From NCBI GenBank assembly GCA_965223665.1, contig OZ245011.1, positions 2,496,001 to 2,560,000 of the forward strand: DNA of 64,000 nt, given 5' to 3'. A program made the position numbers and the translations under genes. Below are positions 41,062 through 50,121 of the stretch, one piece after another. Each line of letters opens with the position of its first letter. Position 1 is the first letter of the stretch. The notes beneath the pieces are model-generated. The model worked only from the letters and a program-made list of their open reading frames with translations. It made no database searches and was not told the DNA's origin. This DNA comes from Nitrospinaceae bacterium. GTDB lineage: Bacteria > Nitrospinota > Nitrospinia > Nitrospinales > Nitrospinaceae.

Positions 41062-41163
41062 AATAGAGAAATAATTTAATTAATAGGTTAAATTTCTTTT
41101 ATTATACTAATCGGCCACGACCAAACAAACCCTTTTTATTTCCAAAAATTCAAGGGAAAATCT

Positions 41164-41916
41164 ATGAAAATTACAATCCTTGGTTCAGGAACAGCTTTCC
41201 CCGATTTAAATCGTAATTCGGCAGGAGTCCTCATTGAAAATGAAGGGATTTATTCATTAGTGGATTTCGGATATGGAAATGTTCATCAACTTTTAAGACT
41301 GGGCATTTCTTATCGCAATCTGGATCAAATCTTTTTTACACATCATCACCCTGATCATATGTGCGATTTGATTTATTTCCTTTTTGGTAGCAAATACCCC
41401 TTAGACCCAAGAATCAAGGATTTAAAAATCATTGCAGGACCTGGATTTAATTCTTATTTTAACAATTTGATGGAAGCGTTTAACGGGTGGCTAACTCCAG
41501 ATTCATATAATATTGAAATTATTGAACATGATCAGGGAACCCAAAAGTTTAATAACCTTTTAGTAACTGCGGGAGAAGTATCACATATTGAAATGAGTCG
41601 AGCTTTTCGATTTGAAGACACCACGGGAAAAAGTTGCGTCATTTCAGGTGATACTGATTACAGCCAAGATTTGGTAAAACTTTCAGAAAAGGTCGACTTA
41701 TTGATTCTGGAATGCTCTACACCGGATTCCATGAAAATACCTAAACATCTCACTCCTAAGTTATGTGGCCAAATTGCAAGAGAATCACAATGCAGGAAGT
41801 TACTCCTCACCCATTTCTACCCCTCCCATAATATAGAAGATGTAGAACAAGCCTGTAGAACGGAATACAATGGAGATATTATTATTTCTGAAGATTTGAC
41901 CGTAGCTGAGATTTAA
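41164..41916 (+). CDS. MBL-fold metallo-hydrolase (RNase Z/AtsA-like)
   Basis: ITILGSG, THHHPDH, ISGDT, HLTP, LLLTHFYP. Confidence 0.88.
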   Translation: MKITILGSGTAFPDLNRNSAGVLIENEGIYSLVDFGYGNVHQLLRLGISYRNLDQIFFTHHHPDHMCDLIYFLFGSKYPLDPRIKDLKIIAGPGFNSYFNNLMEAFNGWLTPDSYNIEIIEHDQGTQKFNNLLVTAGEVSHIEMSRAFRFEDTTGKSCVISGDTDYSQDLVKLSEKVDLLILECSTPDSMKIPKHLTPKLCGQIARESQCRKLLLTHFYPSHNIEDVEQACRTEYNGDIIISEDLTVAEI

Positions 41917-41947
41917 GTTTTTCCTCACCTCTTTTAGCGTAAATAAC

Positions 41948-42000
41948 GACACAATTTGTCACCCGAAGCTTCTAAAAGGCCTTGTCAGACAATAATTGTC
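41948..42000. promoter_or_regulatory. Paired GACA-N5-TGTC palindromes, probable enhancer-binding-protein sites
   Basis: GACACAATTTGTC (41948) and GACAATAATTGTC (41988), 130-180 nt upstream of a sigma54 promoter. Confidence 0.55.
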
Positions 42001-42130
42001 GTTAATTCTCAACCAAAAAGTTCCATTAAATTTACATTTAAATTTTTTTGAAATTTTTTCATGCCTCAAAGGGATTAGAATTTGGTAATTAACAAACAAT
42101 CCTCATGCGGTTCCAATAAAATCTATAAAT

Positions 42131-42147
42131 TTGGAACAGGGCTTGCT
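42131..42147 (+). promoter_or_regulatory. sigma54 -24/-12 promoter
   Basis: TTGGAACAGGGCTTGCT (GG-N10-GC). Confidence 0.65.
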
Positions 42148-42193
42148 TTTTAACAGATCAAACACTCAATTTAGTTTTGAGAGAGGTATTAAA

Positions 42194-42535
42194 ATGAAAC
42201 GTTGGTTAAAAATAATTCCAGTCAGTATGTTAGCGGGTTTAATAGCAGTATCAGTTTTTGCAAACAAATGTCACTGCAGCTTTCATGGTTACTTCGGGGT
42301 GGGACAAAATTTAGCGCAACTATTCACATTAGCAATCTTGATCATTTTAAGTTCCTGCATATTCCTGGTAAAAGTTTATTCTGAATATTCTTATCAGAAT
42401 TTGGAACCTGCAAGATTCTCAAACTGTGAGGACACCTCTAGGAATATATATAAACAAATTGGCATTGGTAATAACTTTTGTGGCTGGAGTGCCATGAGAC
42501 GATCATCTGTTTCGCAGAAAATGTATACCTCGTAA
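42194..42535 (+). CDS. Small 2-TM membrane protein with a CHC motif
   Basis: ATG 42194 after GAGAGG (the track's TTG 42131 falls inside the promoter); MKRWLKIIPV...KCHCSFH. Confidence 0.6.
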   Translation: MKRWLKIIPVSMLAGLIAVSVFANKCHCSFHGYFGVGQNLAQLFTLAILIILSSCIFLVKVYSEYSYQNLEPARFSNCEDTSRNIYKQIGIGNNFCGWSAMRRSSVSQKMYTS

Positions 42536-43524
42536 GATTCTCCCCCCGACCAGCTTCTCGGGTATGCGGAAAGGAGCAGCCGCACTTACCGAGAAGCTGG
42601 CCTACCATTTTCCAGCAAACTTTTTTTCACCATAACTTTTTAAAACAAATGTAATGAGTTCAAAACTCACTCTTGGATATTTTTTTCTAAGGTTTGAACG
42701 AAGAGAAAAAATTTCAACTTCGATTTAGGGTTTGTATTCAATAGAAAAATAATTGTCAGGGTTATCTAAATTATTTGGAAAGTTTAAAGTCATCGAAAGG
42801 AAACTTTTTTGCTTTGTAAAAAAGTAAGGCAAATCCCAAAAAATTTAATAGGGCTGGGTTTCAAAGTCCAATTCCTAAGAAAATTAATTGCTAATGATAT
42901 GTGAAAGATTAATTGAGAAAACTGAAAGGGCTATTCAAGTGAAATTTTTTGATACTTAAGAAGTTGCCTCTAATTATCTACCTCTTATAAGAATTACATC
43001 CTGGATTACTCTATTTTTAAATTAAAACTTTATATTTAAAAACCTCATTTCAGAGATAATCACCGAAATATAGTGCTTAAAGTAAATAATATAATTGCAT
43101 GACCAAAGAGCCCTATAGGGGGTATTAAGTTAATGTAAATTTTTTTAAAAAAACACTTCCAAGAAAAACCTTAATTTCCCTCAAAGACTTTTTAGGAACA
43201 ATTTGAAAAATTCCCGAAAGAGAAGACTTTAGAATCTTGGAACTCTCAAATTTCTTTTAAAAGTCTAAAGAAAATGCATAAACGCACTAAAATCAATTAT
43301 TTTTAAGATTGCCGCTGCCAAATATAAACTAGTGCAATGGACCAATTTTGGCAAACAGCAGTGACAAAAAAAGTAATTTTCCAAAATCCGTAATTTCCAA
43401 ATTATTAGATTTCCTAAATTTTAATTTTTTTTTCCACCCACCCCCAATTTAATCAATTTATTTTCAATGAAAGCCAAAAATAAAACCTTTACAACTAATG
43501 TAAATAATTAAAAAACAAGGGTTT

Positions 43525-43541
43525 TAGGCATCCATATTGCT
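43525..43541 (+). promoter_or_regulatory. sigma54 -24/-12 promoter
   Basis: TAGGCATCCATATTGCT (GG-N10-GC), 46 nt upstream of ORF 43588. Confidence 0.65.
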
Positions 43542-43587
43542 CTATTTATAGCATAAAATTTATACCTCATTAAGGGCAGAGTATGTT

Positions 43588-43803
43588 ATGATGGAAATTG
43601 ATTGGAAAAACTTAATAGCAGTATTAATGATTGGTTTAGGAACATTGGGAATTTTTGTGAGTTCAATATTATGGATTTCAAAATCTAAAAAAGAAAAATC
43701 CAGAGGCATGCCTTCATGGGTTGTAGAAAACCCCTTTGCAGCTGAAGACGTTTTAGGGCATCCAGATTTAGATAAAATTGTTGAACTTAAAAAAAGAGTT
43801 TAA
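43588..43803 (+). CDS. Small single-TM protein
   Basis: 71 aa; TM LIAVLMIGLGTLGIFVSSILWI followed by a Lys-rich stop-transfer segment. Confidence 0.65.
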   Translation: MMEIDWKNLIAVLMIGLGTLGIFVSSILWISKSKKEKSRGMPSWVVENPFAAEDVLGHPDLDKIVELKKRV

Positions 43804-44285
43804 ACCGCGATCTCCTCTGGGAATTTTCTCTCCCAAAAGTCTTTGGACTTTTTAGCACGGAGAGCATTGTATGGGAGGGTAATAATATTGGGGCTCAGGA
43901 AGAGCCCCAATATTAAAAAAAATTTAAAGAAGAATACAAATGATTTGTCCAACTGTTCAGTATTAGTAATCCCCTAACCCTTATCCTTCTTCGCTTTGCT
44001 GGGCAGTTGGACATTTTTTATAATTTAAAAACGATTCAAAAAAAATTAAGCGAATTAACTTTCTTTTTTCCTTTTCTTAAAAAAATCAAAAACAATTGTC
44101 AAAATTTTAAAAACCCCTAAAGCAATAAAAATTCCAACAATTAATTGCAATAAAGGGGGAAGTTTATTAAGAAACTCTTCAAACCAAATGTAAATATCTT
44201 TAAACATTTATTTAAATAAATTTGATTAGAAATTCAATTAAGAAAGACCGTTATTATTCCCTAAAAGATTAATATTTCGTTCAAT

Positions 44286-45749
44286 TCAATTGACAAAAAT
44301 CGTCGTTTTTTCCGAATCCAAATCAATTTTTAAAATCCGATGATTATTGGTATCTGATACGTAAAGAATTTTATCCAAGCAAAGAACTCCCGCCGGTTCC
44401 CATAAACGAGAACATTGTTCATCGCAAATTAATTCAGCAGAAGCCTCTACAGTATGCACTTCTTCAGTTTTTAAATCGAGGGCTTTGATTTTATGGTTAT
44501 AAGAGTCGGCAATGAATAAGCAACCCTCAACATAGTGTACTCCTAAGGGATGTTGTAACTCTGCCTCTTTTCCTATCCCATCTTTGTCTCCAAAATCGAA
44601 CAGCCCCCTACCAACATAAGTTTTGGTAAATCCATGATCATCCAAGTTAATAGATCGTATGGCACTGGTTTCACTATCTGCAAGAAAAAGTTTGCCCTCA
44701 CCAATAGATAGTCCACTTGGTTGGGCAAAAGGTACCATTAACCTGGGTCCATCTTGAATTGCTTCCGCTCCCGTTCCCGCAAATTGCTCGACTGTATTGT
44801 CACCAATTTTATAAGCGCCAATTTGATGAGTTCCTGCGTTGGCAAAATACAAAGTATCACCTTCTATAGAAAGGTCCCATGGAGAACTAATCCCCACCTC
44901 TTTGGCTTTACCCTTACCTTTCAAAAATGCACCTTGTAGTCCTGTTCCGGCAACTGTAATGACTTTTTCATTATCTAATTCAATTTTTCTAATCAAATGA
45001 TTTTCTGTATCTGCCACCCATATTACACCCTGGTGATAACACAATCCTTGTGGACGAAAAAATTCAGCTTCCCAAAAACTTCCATCCTTTTGGCCAGCTC
45101 TTCCTGATCCAATTCTTCGGGTTATTTTCCCTGAAGGATTTACAGTCACAATTTGATTATGGTTGGAGTCGGCAATTGCAAATTCTTTTTCATTTAAACT
45201 GTAAGCAATTTTTCCTGGAAAAGATAAAGTAGCCTCTGAGTCATTCGGGGAGGGGTGTATCAAGTCTGTGGCTTTTCCCTTTAATATACCTTTTTCCTTA
45301 CATTCATTAATAACATTTTCTAGAGTTTGCTCCAAAAGCTCTGGGTTAGGTTCACCGGGTAACTGACCTAAAACATAGCCATCCGGTCCAATAAAAACCA
45401 ACGTAGGCCAAGCGCGTACCGCATATCTTTGCCAAATTTGGAAATCCTTGTCATGAACAATAGGATGAATAATTTCGTAACGGCTAATAGCCTTCTCCAA
45501 ATTTTCTGTTAATTTTTCCCCGGGAAATTTTGGGCTATGTACCCCAATCACAACAAGTGAATCTGCAAACATTTCTTCTATTCGCTTCAATGTAGGGATT
45601 ATGTGGATGCAGTTGATACAACAATATGTCCAAAAATCTAGGATGGTAATTTTACCTAATAGATCCGGAATATCCAGTGGTCGGGCTACATTAAACCAGG
45701 GTAAATCACTTGCATTTAATGCGGGAGCTCGCACCAGCCGCTCATTCAT
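44286..45749 (-). CDS. Thioredoxin-like plus NHL-repeat protein (NHLRC2/SOQ1-like)
   Basis: LDFWTYCCINC, IGVHSPKF, AWPT, followed by NHL repeats (IADSNHNQI, VADTENHLIR, LQHPLGV). Confidence 0.92.
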   Translation of the reverse strand: MNERLVRAPALNASDLPWFNVARPLDIPDLLGKITILDFWTYCCINCIHIIPTLKRIEEMFADSLVVIGVHSPKFPGEKLTENLEKAISRYEIIHPIVHDKDFQIWQRYAVRAWPTLVFIGPDGYVLGQLPGEPNPELLEQTLENVINECKEKGILKGKATDLIHPSPNDSEATLSFPGKIAYSLNEKEFAIADSNHNQIVTVNPSGKITRRIGSGRAGQKDGSFWEAEFFRPQGLCYHQGVIWVADTENHLIRKIELDNEKVITVAGTGLQGAFLKGKGKAKEVGISSPWDLSIEGDTLYFANAGTHQIGAYKIGDNTVEQFAGTGAEAIQDGPRLMVPFAQPSGLSIGEGKLFLADSETSAIRSINLDDHGFTKTYVGRGLFDFGDKDGIGKEAELQHPLGVHYVEGCLFIADSYNHKIKALDLKTEEVHTVEASAELICDEQCSRLWEPAGVLCLDKILYVSDTNNHRILKIDLDSEKTTIFVN

Positions 45750-46011
45750 ACGCCCCCTGAATAGCGTCCACTGCAGCCGGTTGAATGGTCTCCCAGTTGG
45801 CGGTAGGTTGTTTGGTCACAGTTATAAAGTCAGCCATCAAGAAAACACTGGCAACTCCTTCAATTTGAAATAATGCCTTTGCGACCGATGATTCCTCGGC
45901 TGCCTCAGGATTCGAGTATGTCTTATGCCCTGATTCAATGGCAGGCTGATTAATTGAAAATTTCAATGCATTTTCATTTGGAGTAGTTTCAATATTTACT
46001 GATACAGCCAT
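45742..46011 (-). CDS. Stand-alone Nfu/NifU N-terminal domain protein
   Basis: ETTPNENALKF, LFQIEGVASVFLMADFITVTK...W. Confidence 0.88.
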   Translation of the reverse strand: MAVSVNIETTPNENALKFSINQPAIESGHKTYSNPEAAEESSVAKALFQIEGVASVFLMADFITVTKQPTANWETIQPAAVDAIQGAYE

Positions 46012-46049
46012 TATTATTTTTTCACCTCAATTTGATTTCTTAAATTTTT

Positions 46050-47243
46050 TTATTGATGAGCATCAACACTACGAAAAATACCAAAGGAACTTGTATAGCC
46101 ATGCAAAAAGGTGGTTTTCCCAATAGGACCAATTTCCCCGTTACAGAAAAACCCGCCAAGTGGAACATTTCCCAGTACCTTTCGAAACATTTCAGAATCG
46201 TGATTGGGCTCCCCATATAAATATTCACCCCGACCCAGGCAAGAAAAAAGTAGTGCACCACTGGCATCACTGGAATTTGATTTAGATTGATAACGCGTCA
46301 ACATTTCATTCAAATCTTCTGAAGACATCGCTTTATCCCGTAAATGAAATTGAACTAGTTGTCCTTCCCTTAATAAAGCACCAATGGACAACGCTCCTGT
46401 ATCACGATCCACACCAATTAAATTCCTTATGAGAAAATCCCCCTGCCCTGGGTTTTCATTAAAAGGATCCATTTCAATTCCTAAAAACAAAGATGTTTGA
46501 ATCAACTTGCGATCATTTTCATTCATTTCCTCCACCATCTCTTCTAAAACTTGTAGAGGAGGTTTGCCATCCACAGTCTCTAATAGGGTTTGATTACACT
46601 TCGTAATATTCATCGGTTTTCCAATGGGTCGACAGCCTTGCGCAACTATAGTGTCTAAAGTAACATTTCCGCTAAGCGCTACACCCACCATGCCAGAATC
46701 TAATATTTTATCTCCCAGGTAGAGCACATTTCCTCCGTGGGATTGAGCACCACTAGCTAAACCACCAACCTTAGCGGATTGAGGATAAGCATAATCTAAC
46801 CCAGATAAGAATTCTTCTCCGCGAAATGAAAAAGGGTCCGCTAAAATAATAAATTGGGGATTTTTTTCGTTTTTTACACCAATCCAATCTCTCCAAACCG
46901 AAGGAGACGTCTCACCCTCAGGTAAGCTCAATGTATCCGAGGAAATTGGTGTGATATCCACATTTGGCAAATACCCAGCCGTTAAACTGAATGCAGTTTG
47001 GTGTTCAATTTCATAACCTCCTCCAATAATACCTCCACCCGAACACCCTAATATTAAACCGGGCGAAAAATTTTCTCTGAGTAGAGCAGGTATTAAATCA
47101 AATTTACTTTTATGATGAGGAGAAACAAAAATTACGGATAGATTAGCTTCTTTGTCACCTAATTGGTGCTTAACCGATTTAACCGTTTCTTCAATGCATC
47201 TTTCTATAGACTCGTGGGTAGATATACTTGAAGCCCATTTCAT
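46050..47243 (-). CDS. FIST N/C domain protein
   Basis: LGCSGGGIIG, VGGLASG, VAQGCRPIG, FLIRNLIG, LFSCLGRG, GFFCNGEIGP. Confidence 0.92.
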   Translation of the reverse strand: MKWASSISTHESIERCIEETVKSVKHQLGDKEANLSVIFVSPHHKSKFDLIPALLRENFSPGLILGCSGGGIIGGGYEIEHQTAFSLTAGYLPNVDITPISSDTLSLPEGETSPSVWRDWIGVKNEKNPQFIILADPFSFRGEEFLSGLDYAYPQSAKVGGLASGAQSHGGNVLYLGDKILDSGMVGVALSGNVTLDTIVAQGCRPIGKPMNITKCNQTLLETVDGKPPLQVLEEMVEEMNENDRKLIQTSLFLGIEMDPFNENPGQGDFLIRNLIGVDRDTGALSIGALLREGQLVQFHLRDKAMSSEDLNEMLTRYQSKSNSSDASGALLFSCLGRGEYLYGEPNHDSEMFRKVLGNVPLGGFFCNGEIGPIGKTTFLHGYTSSFGIFRSVDAHQ

Positions 47244-47296
47244 TCTCTAACTCCCTTATATCAATTTATTCAACACGGACACCATCAGGTTTCCTG

Positions 47297-48718
47297 TTAA
47301 ATTGAGTTTATATAATCCAAAACCTTTTCAGCTACTTTTGTACCATTTAAAATACAATCAGGAACACCTGTCCCTTCATAGGCACTTCCCGAAAGATAAA
47401 GACCTGGAAATTTTTCCAGTTCCTGATAAATAGAACCTACAAGTTTTTGATGACCTACCATGTATTGAGCATTCCCTTTTTTATACTGAAATACATCACA
47501 AAACAAGGGATTTCCTGAAATTCCCATTATGTCTTTCAATTCTTTGAGGACCATATCCTTTATAGTATCTTCATTCTGTTCTGCTAAATCCTCCTGTAAC
47601 GCTCCACCCACAAATGAACGCAACAACACGTGTCCTTCAGGAACACGCCCAGCAAACTTTGATGACACCCAGGTACATGCAGTTATTTTACGTTTCTCAG
47701 TACTCGGAACAATAAATCCAAATCCATTCAGAGGATGCCCCATTTCCTCTTTTCGAAATCCCATTACTACAGCAGCAGTAGAAACATATTTTATATCTGA
47801 TAATCCATTTGCCAATAAGGGAGCGGTATCCTGAAGTAATTTGGAAGATATATTAGCAGGAGTCGAAACAATAACCGAATCGGCAATTAATATATCACCT
47901 GAATCCAAAGTCAAATGCCATTTACCTTCACGCTGTTGAATCTGCTTAACACAAACATTTTTCTTAAAATTAATATTGGGAGATTTTTTTATAGTACGAT
48001 CTACAATTTCACTTAATCCATTTTTTAAACTTACAAATAAAGTAAAGGGGGTGTAATTAGACTTTTTGGGGGGAGCTGCCGCCCGTTGCTTTTTCTGTAT
48101 CAGCATACCAAGGATTAAAGATCGATATTTTTTCTCAATTTGCGCAAACATTGGAAATGTACTGTGTAAACTCATTTCTTCGGGATCGCTCGCATATATA
48201 CCCGCTAACATCGGTTGCGCCAATCTTTGGACCGCTTCTTCTCCCAGTCTTCGACGAACAAATGAAGCTAAGCTCTCATCTGTTTTTTTTCGCCGCTTAG
48301 GAATAATCAAATCCAAACCCATTCGAATTTTTCCTGGCCAAGAAAATAACCTTGTAGTGATGAACGGCAAAAACTTCGTTGGTACCATGAGACTCAAACC
48401 ATCAGGAAGGGTAACCATTTTTTTATTGAGATAAACATAGGTTTTAGTGTTTTCTGGTCTCGTTCCAATGAGATGGTCTGCTAAACCGATTTTTTTGCAA
48501 TGCTCAATTGCCCAGGGTTTTTGGGAAATAAAAGAATCAGGTCCTTTCTCCAAGAGAAAACCATCTCTAAGTTCAGTACAAATTTTACCCCCAAAACGGT
48601 CAGTACTTTCTAGAACGGTACATTCTAATTGGGATTGGCCAGAGTCCATTGCCTCCTGAATCCGGTAGGCTGCAGAAAGCCCTGCAATTCCTCCTCCAAT
48701 AATCACAATACGTTTCAT
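47297..48718 (-). CDS. hemY: Protoporphyrinogen/coproporphyrinogen oxidase (HemY)
   Basis: IIGGGIAGLSAA, EKGPDSF, AGIYA, GFGFIVP, SSKF..R.P, YEGTGVPDCI. Confidence 0.93.
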   Translation of the reverse strand: MKRIVIIGGGIAGLSAAYRIQEAMDSGQSQLECTVLESTDRFGGKICTELRDGFLLEKGPDSFISQKPWAIEHCKKIGLADHLIGTRPENTKTYVYLNKKMVTLPDGLSLMVPTKFLPFITTRLFSWPGKIRMGLDLIIPKRRKKTDESLASFVRRRLGEEAVQRLAQPMLAGIYASDPEEMSLHSTFPMFAQIEKKYRSLILGMLIQKKQRAAAPPKKSNYTPFTLFVSLKNGLSEIVDRTIKKSPNINFKKNVCVKQIQQREGKWHLTLDSGDILIADSVIVSTPANISSKLLQDTAPLLANGLSDIKYVSTAAVVMGFRKEEMGHPLNGFGFIVPSTEKRKITACTWVSSKFAGRVPEGHVLLRSFVGGALQEDLAEQNEDTIKDMVLKELKDIMGISGNPLFCDVFQYKKGNAQYMVGHQKLVGSIYQELEKFPGLYLSGSAYEGTGVPDCILNGTKVAEKVLDYINSI

Positions 48719-49042
48719 GGCTGCGTATTATGACAGGTTTAGCCTAACCGAGCAATTCAAGAAACAAATGCAATTTTTGATAAATAAGGAAAGATTTATT
48801 TCCAATTCAATACAGATGATTTTAGAAATGTTTTAATCTAAGGCTAATTCAAGATATTTAATTTACTGCCCTGATCCCATTCCTCCCCAAAAAAATGACA
48901 ACAAAAAGTAGTCATTTCAATAAAAATTTTGTAGACTAGCTTCCCCATTTTCCGAATATATTGGAAATCTGATTTTTTTCTGAAAAGAAAAACTTTGATT
49001 TCCCTGTAGCACTGTTTAACTGTATAATTAATTAAATTAATT

Positions 49043-49120
49043 CGGGGTGTAGCGCAGCCTGGCTAGCGCATCTGCTTTGGGAGCAGAGGGTCGGAGGTTC
49101 AAATCCTCTCACCCCGACCA
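49043..49120 (+). tRNA. tRNA-Pro(UGG)
   Basis: CGGGGTGTAGCGCAGCCTGGCTAGCGCATCTGCTTTGGGAGCAGAGGGTCGGAGGTTCAAATCCTCTCACCCCGACCA. Confidence 0.97.
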
Positions 49121-49303
49121 TTTTTTTGTAATATGCGGTTTTTCAATATAAAACTCCTACCTTAGCCAAATCTATAAAACCTGCTCAAGAACAAAATATT
49201 TCCAAGTATGAAGCAATAAATATCTCCAAATTTCCTCTTTGCTAATTGCTTTATTATCTTCCCTTAATTCGTTCGCACATTGTTTTAAATGTTGATATAA
49301 TTT

Positions 49304-49492
49304 GCTCACAAATAAATTTTGGCGTTAGCCGTTTAAGTATATTACATTCACTTAAAGCGCACGGGTTTCTGTCAAAACTGGGCAACTGGGAACTTTTTTG
49401 ATTCTAGAAAACCGTGAGGGTTTAAAATTTCTCTTTTCTCCTCCCTTCCTTTTTCTTTTTCATTCCCTAATGTCAGCAAAAAATAAATGAGC
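49304..49492 (+). ncRNA. Candidate rod-shaped structured RNA (6S-like, sRNA or leader)
   Basis: Extended -10 TGATATAAT at 49293; nested stems with G-U pairs on the + strand, a GCAA apical tetraloop and a large CU-rich bulge. Confidence 0.35.
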
Positions 49493-49552
49493 TTATTCTT
49501 TAATCGCAAGGCCTATCCTTGCCAAATTTCAATCTTTTGATAAGGTTCCGTT

Positions 49553-50047
49553 ATGAATAAATATACAAAGTATAGCGTCAAAGTTTTGTTTTTGTTATTT
49601 GGAATTATTTTATCTATGAATCCTTTATCCGCTGATGAACGGGTAGCTAAAGACGGAGATACCGTATCCATAAATTACACAGGAAAATTAGAAGACAATA
49701 CTGTTTTTGATGCTTCCAAGGGAAGAGGGCCATTAAAGTTTAAAGTAGGAACAGAACAAATTATTCCCGGAATGAATAATGCAGTTCGTGGCATGAAAGT
49801 TGGCGAGAAAAAAACTGTAAGCATTCCACCCACAGAAGCTTATGGAAACAGAAACGAGAAATTAATTTTTGATATTCCCCTCAAGCAACTTCCTCAGGGA
49901 GTTAAGCCAGGTTCTAAACTCATGAATCCTCAAGGTCATCCCGTAACCGTCAAAGAAATCAATGGAGAAAATGCGGTTTTGGATGCAAATCATTTTTTAG
50001 CAGGAAAAACTTTGATTTTTGATATTGAAATGGTTTCTATTGATTAA
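49553..50047 (+). CDS. FKBP-type peptidyl-prolyl isomerase (SlyD/FkpB-like) with signal peptide
   Basis: GDTVSINYTGKLED..VFDAS, QIIPGM, PTEAYG, LDANHFLAGKTLIFDIE. Confidence 0.92.
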   Translation: MNKYTKYSVKVLFLLFGIILSMNPLSADERVAKDGDTVSINYTGKLEDNTVFDASKGRGPLKFKVGTEQIIPGMNNAVRGMKVGEKKTVSIPPTEAYGNRNEKLIFDIPLKQLPQGVKPGSKLMNPQGHPVTVKEINGENAVLDANHFLAGKTLIFDIEMVSID

Positions 50048-50121
50048 AGACTAAATTTATTCGGCAATTGACTTACTTGAGGGGTAACGCCAAGAATTTA
50101 AAAAAATACCTAAATTAAAAA

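Noticed and set aside
42550-42600. SRP (4.5S) RNA, suggested by GGAAAGGAGCAGC
   Set aside because: It lacks the upstream CAGG and the paired stem around a GNRA loop of SRP helix 8, and it is too short.
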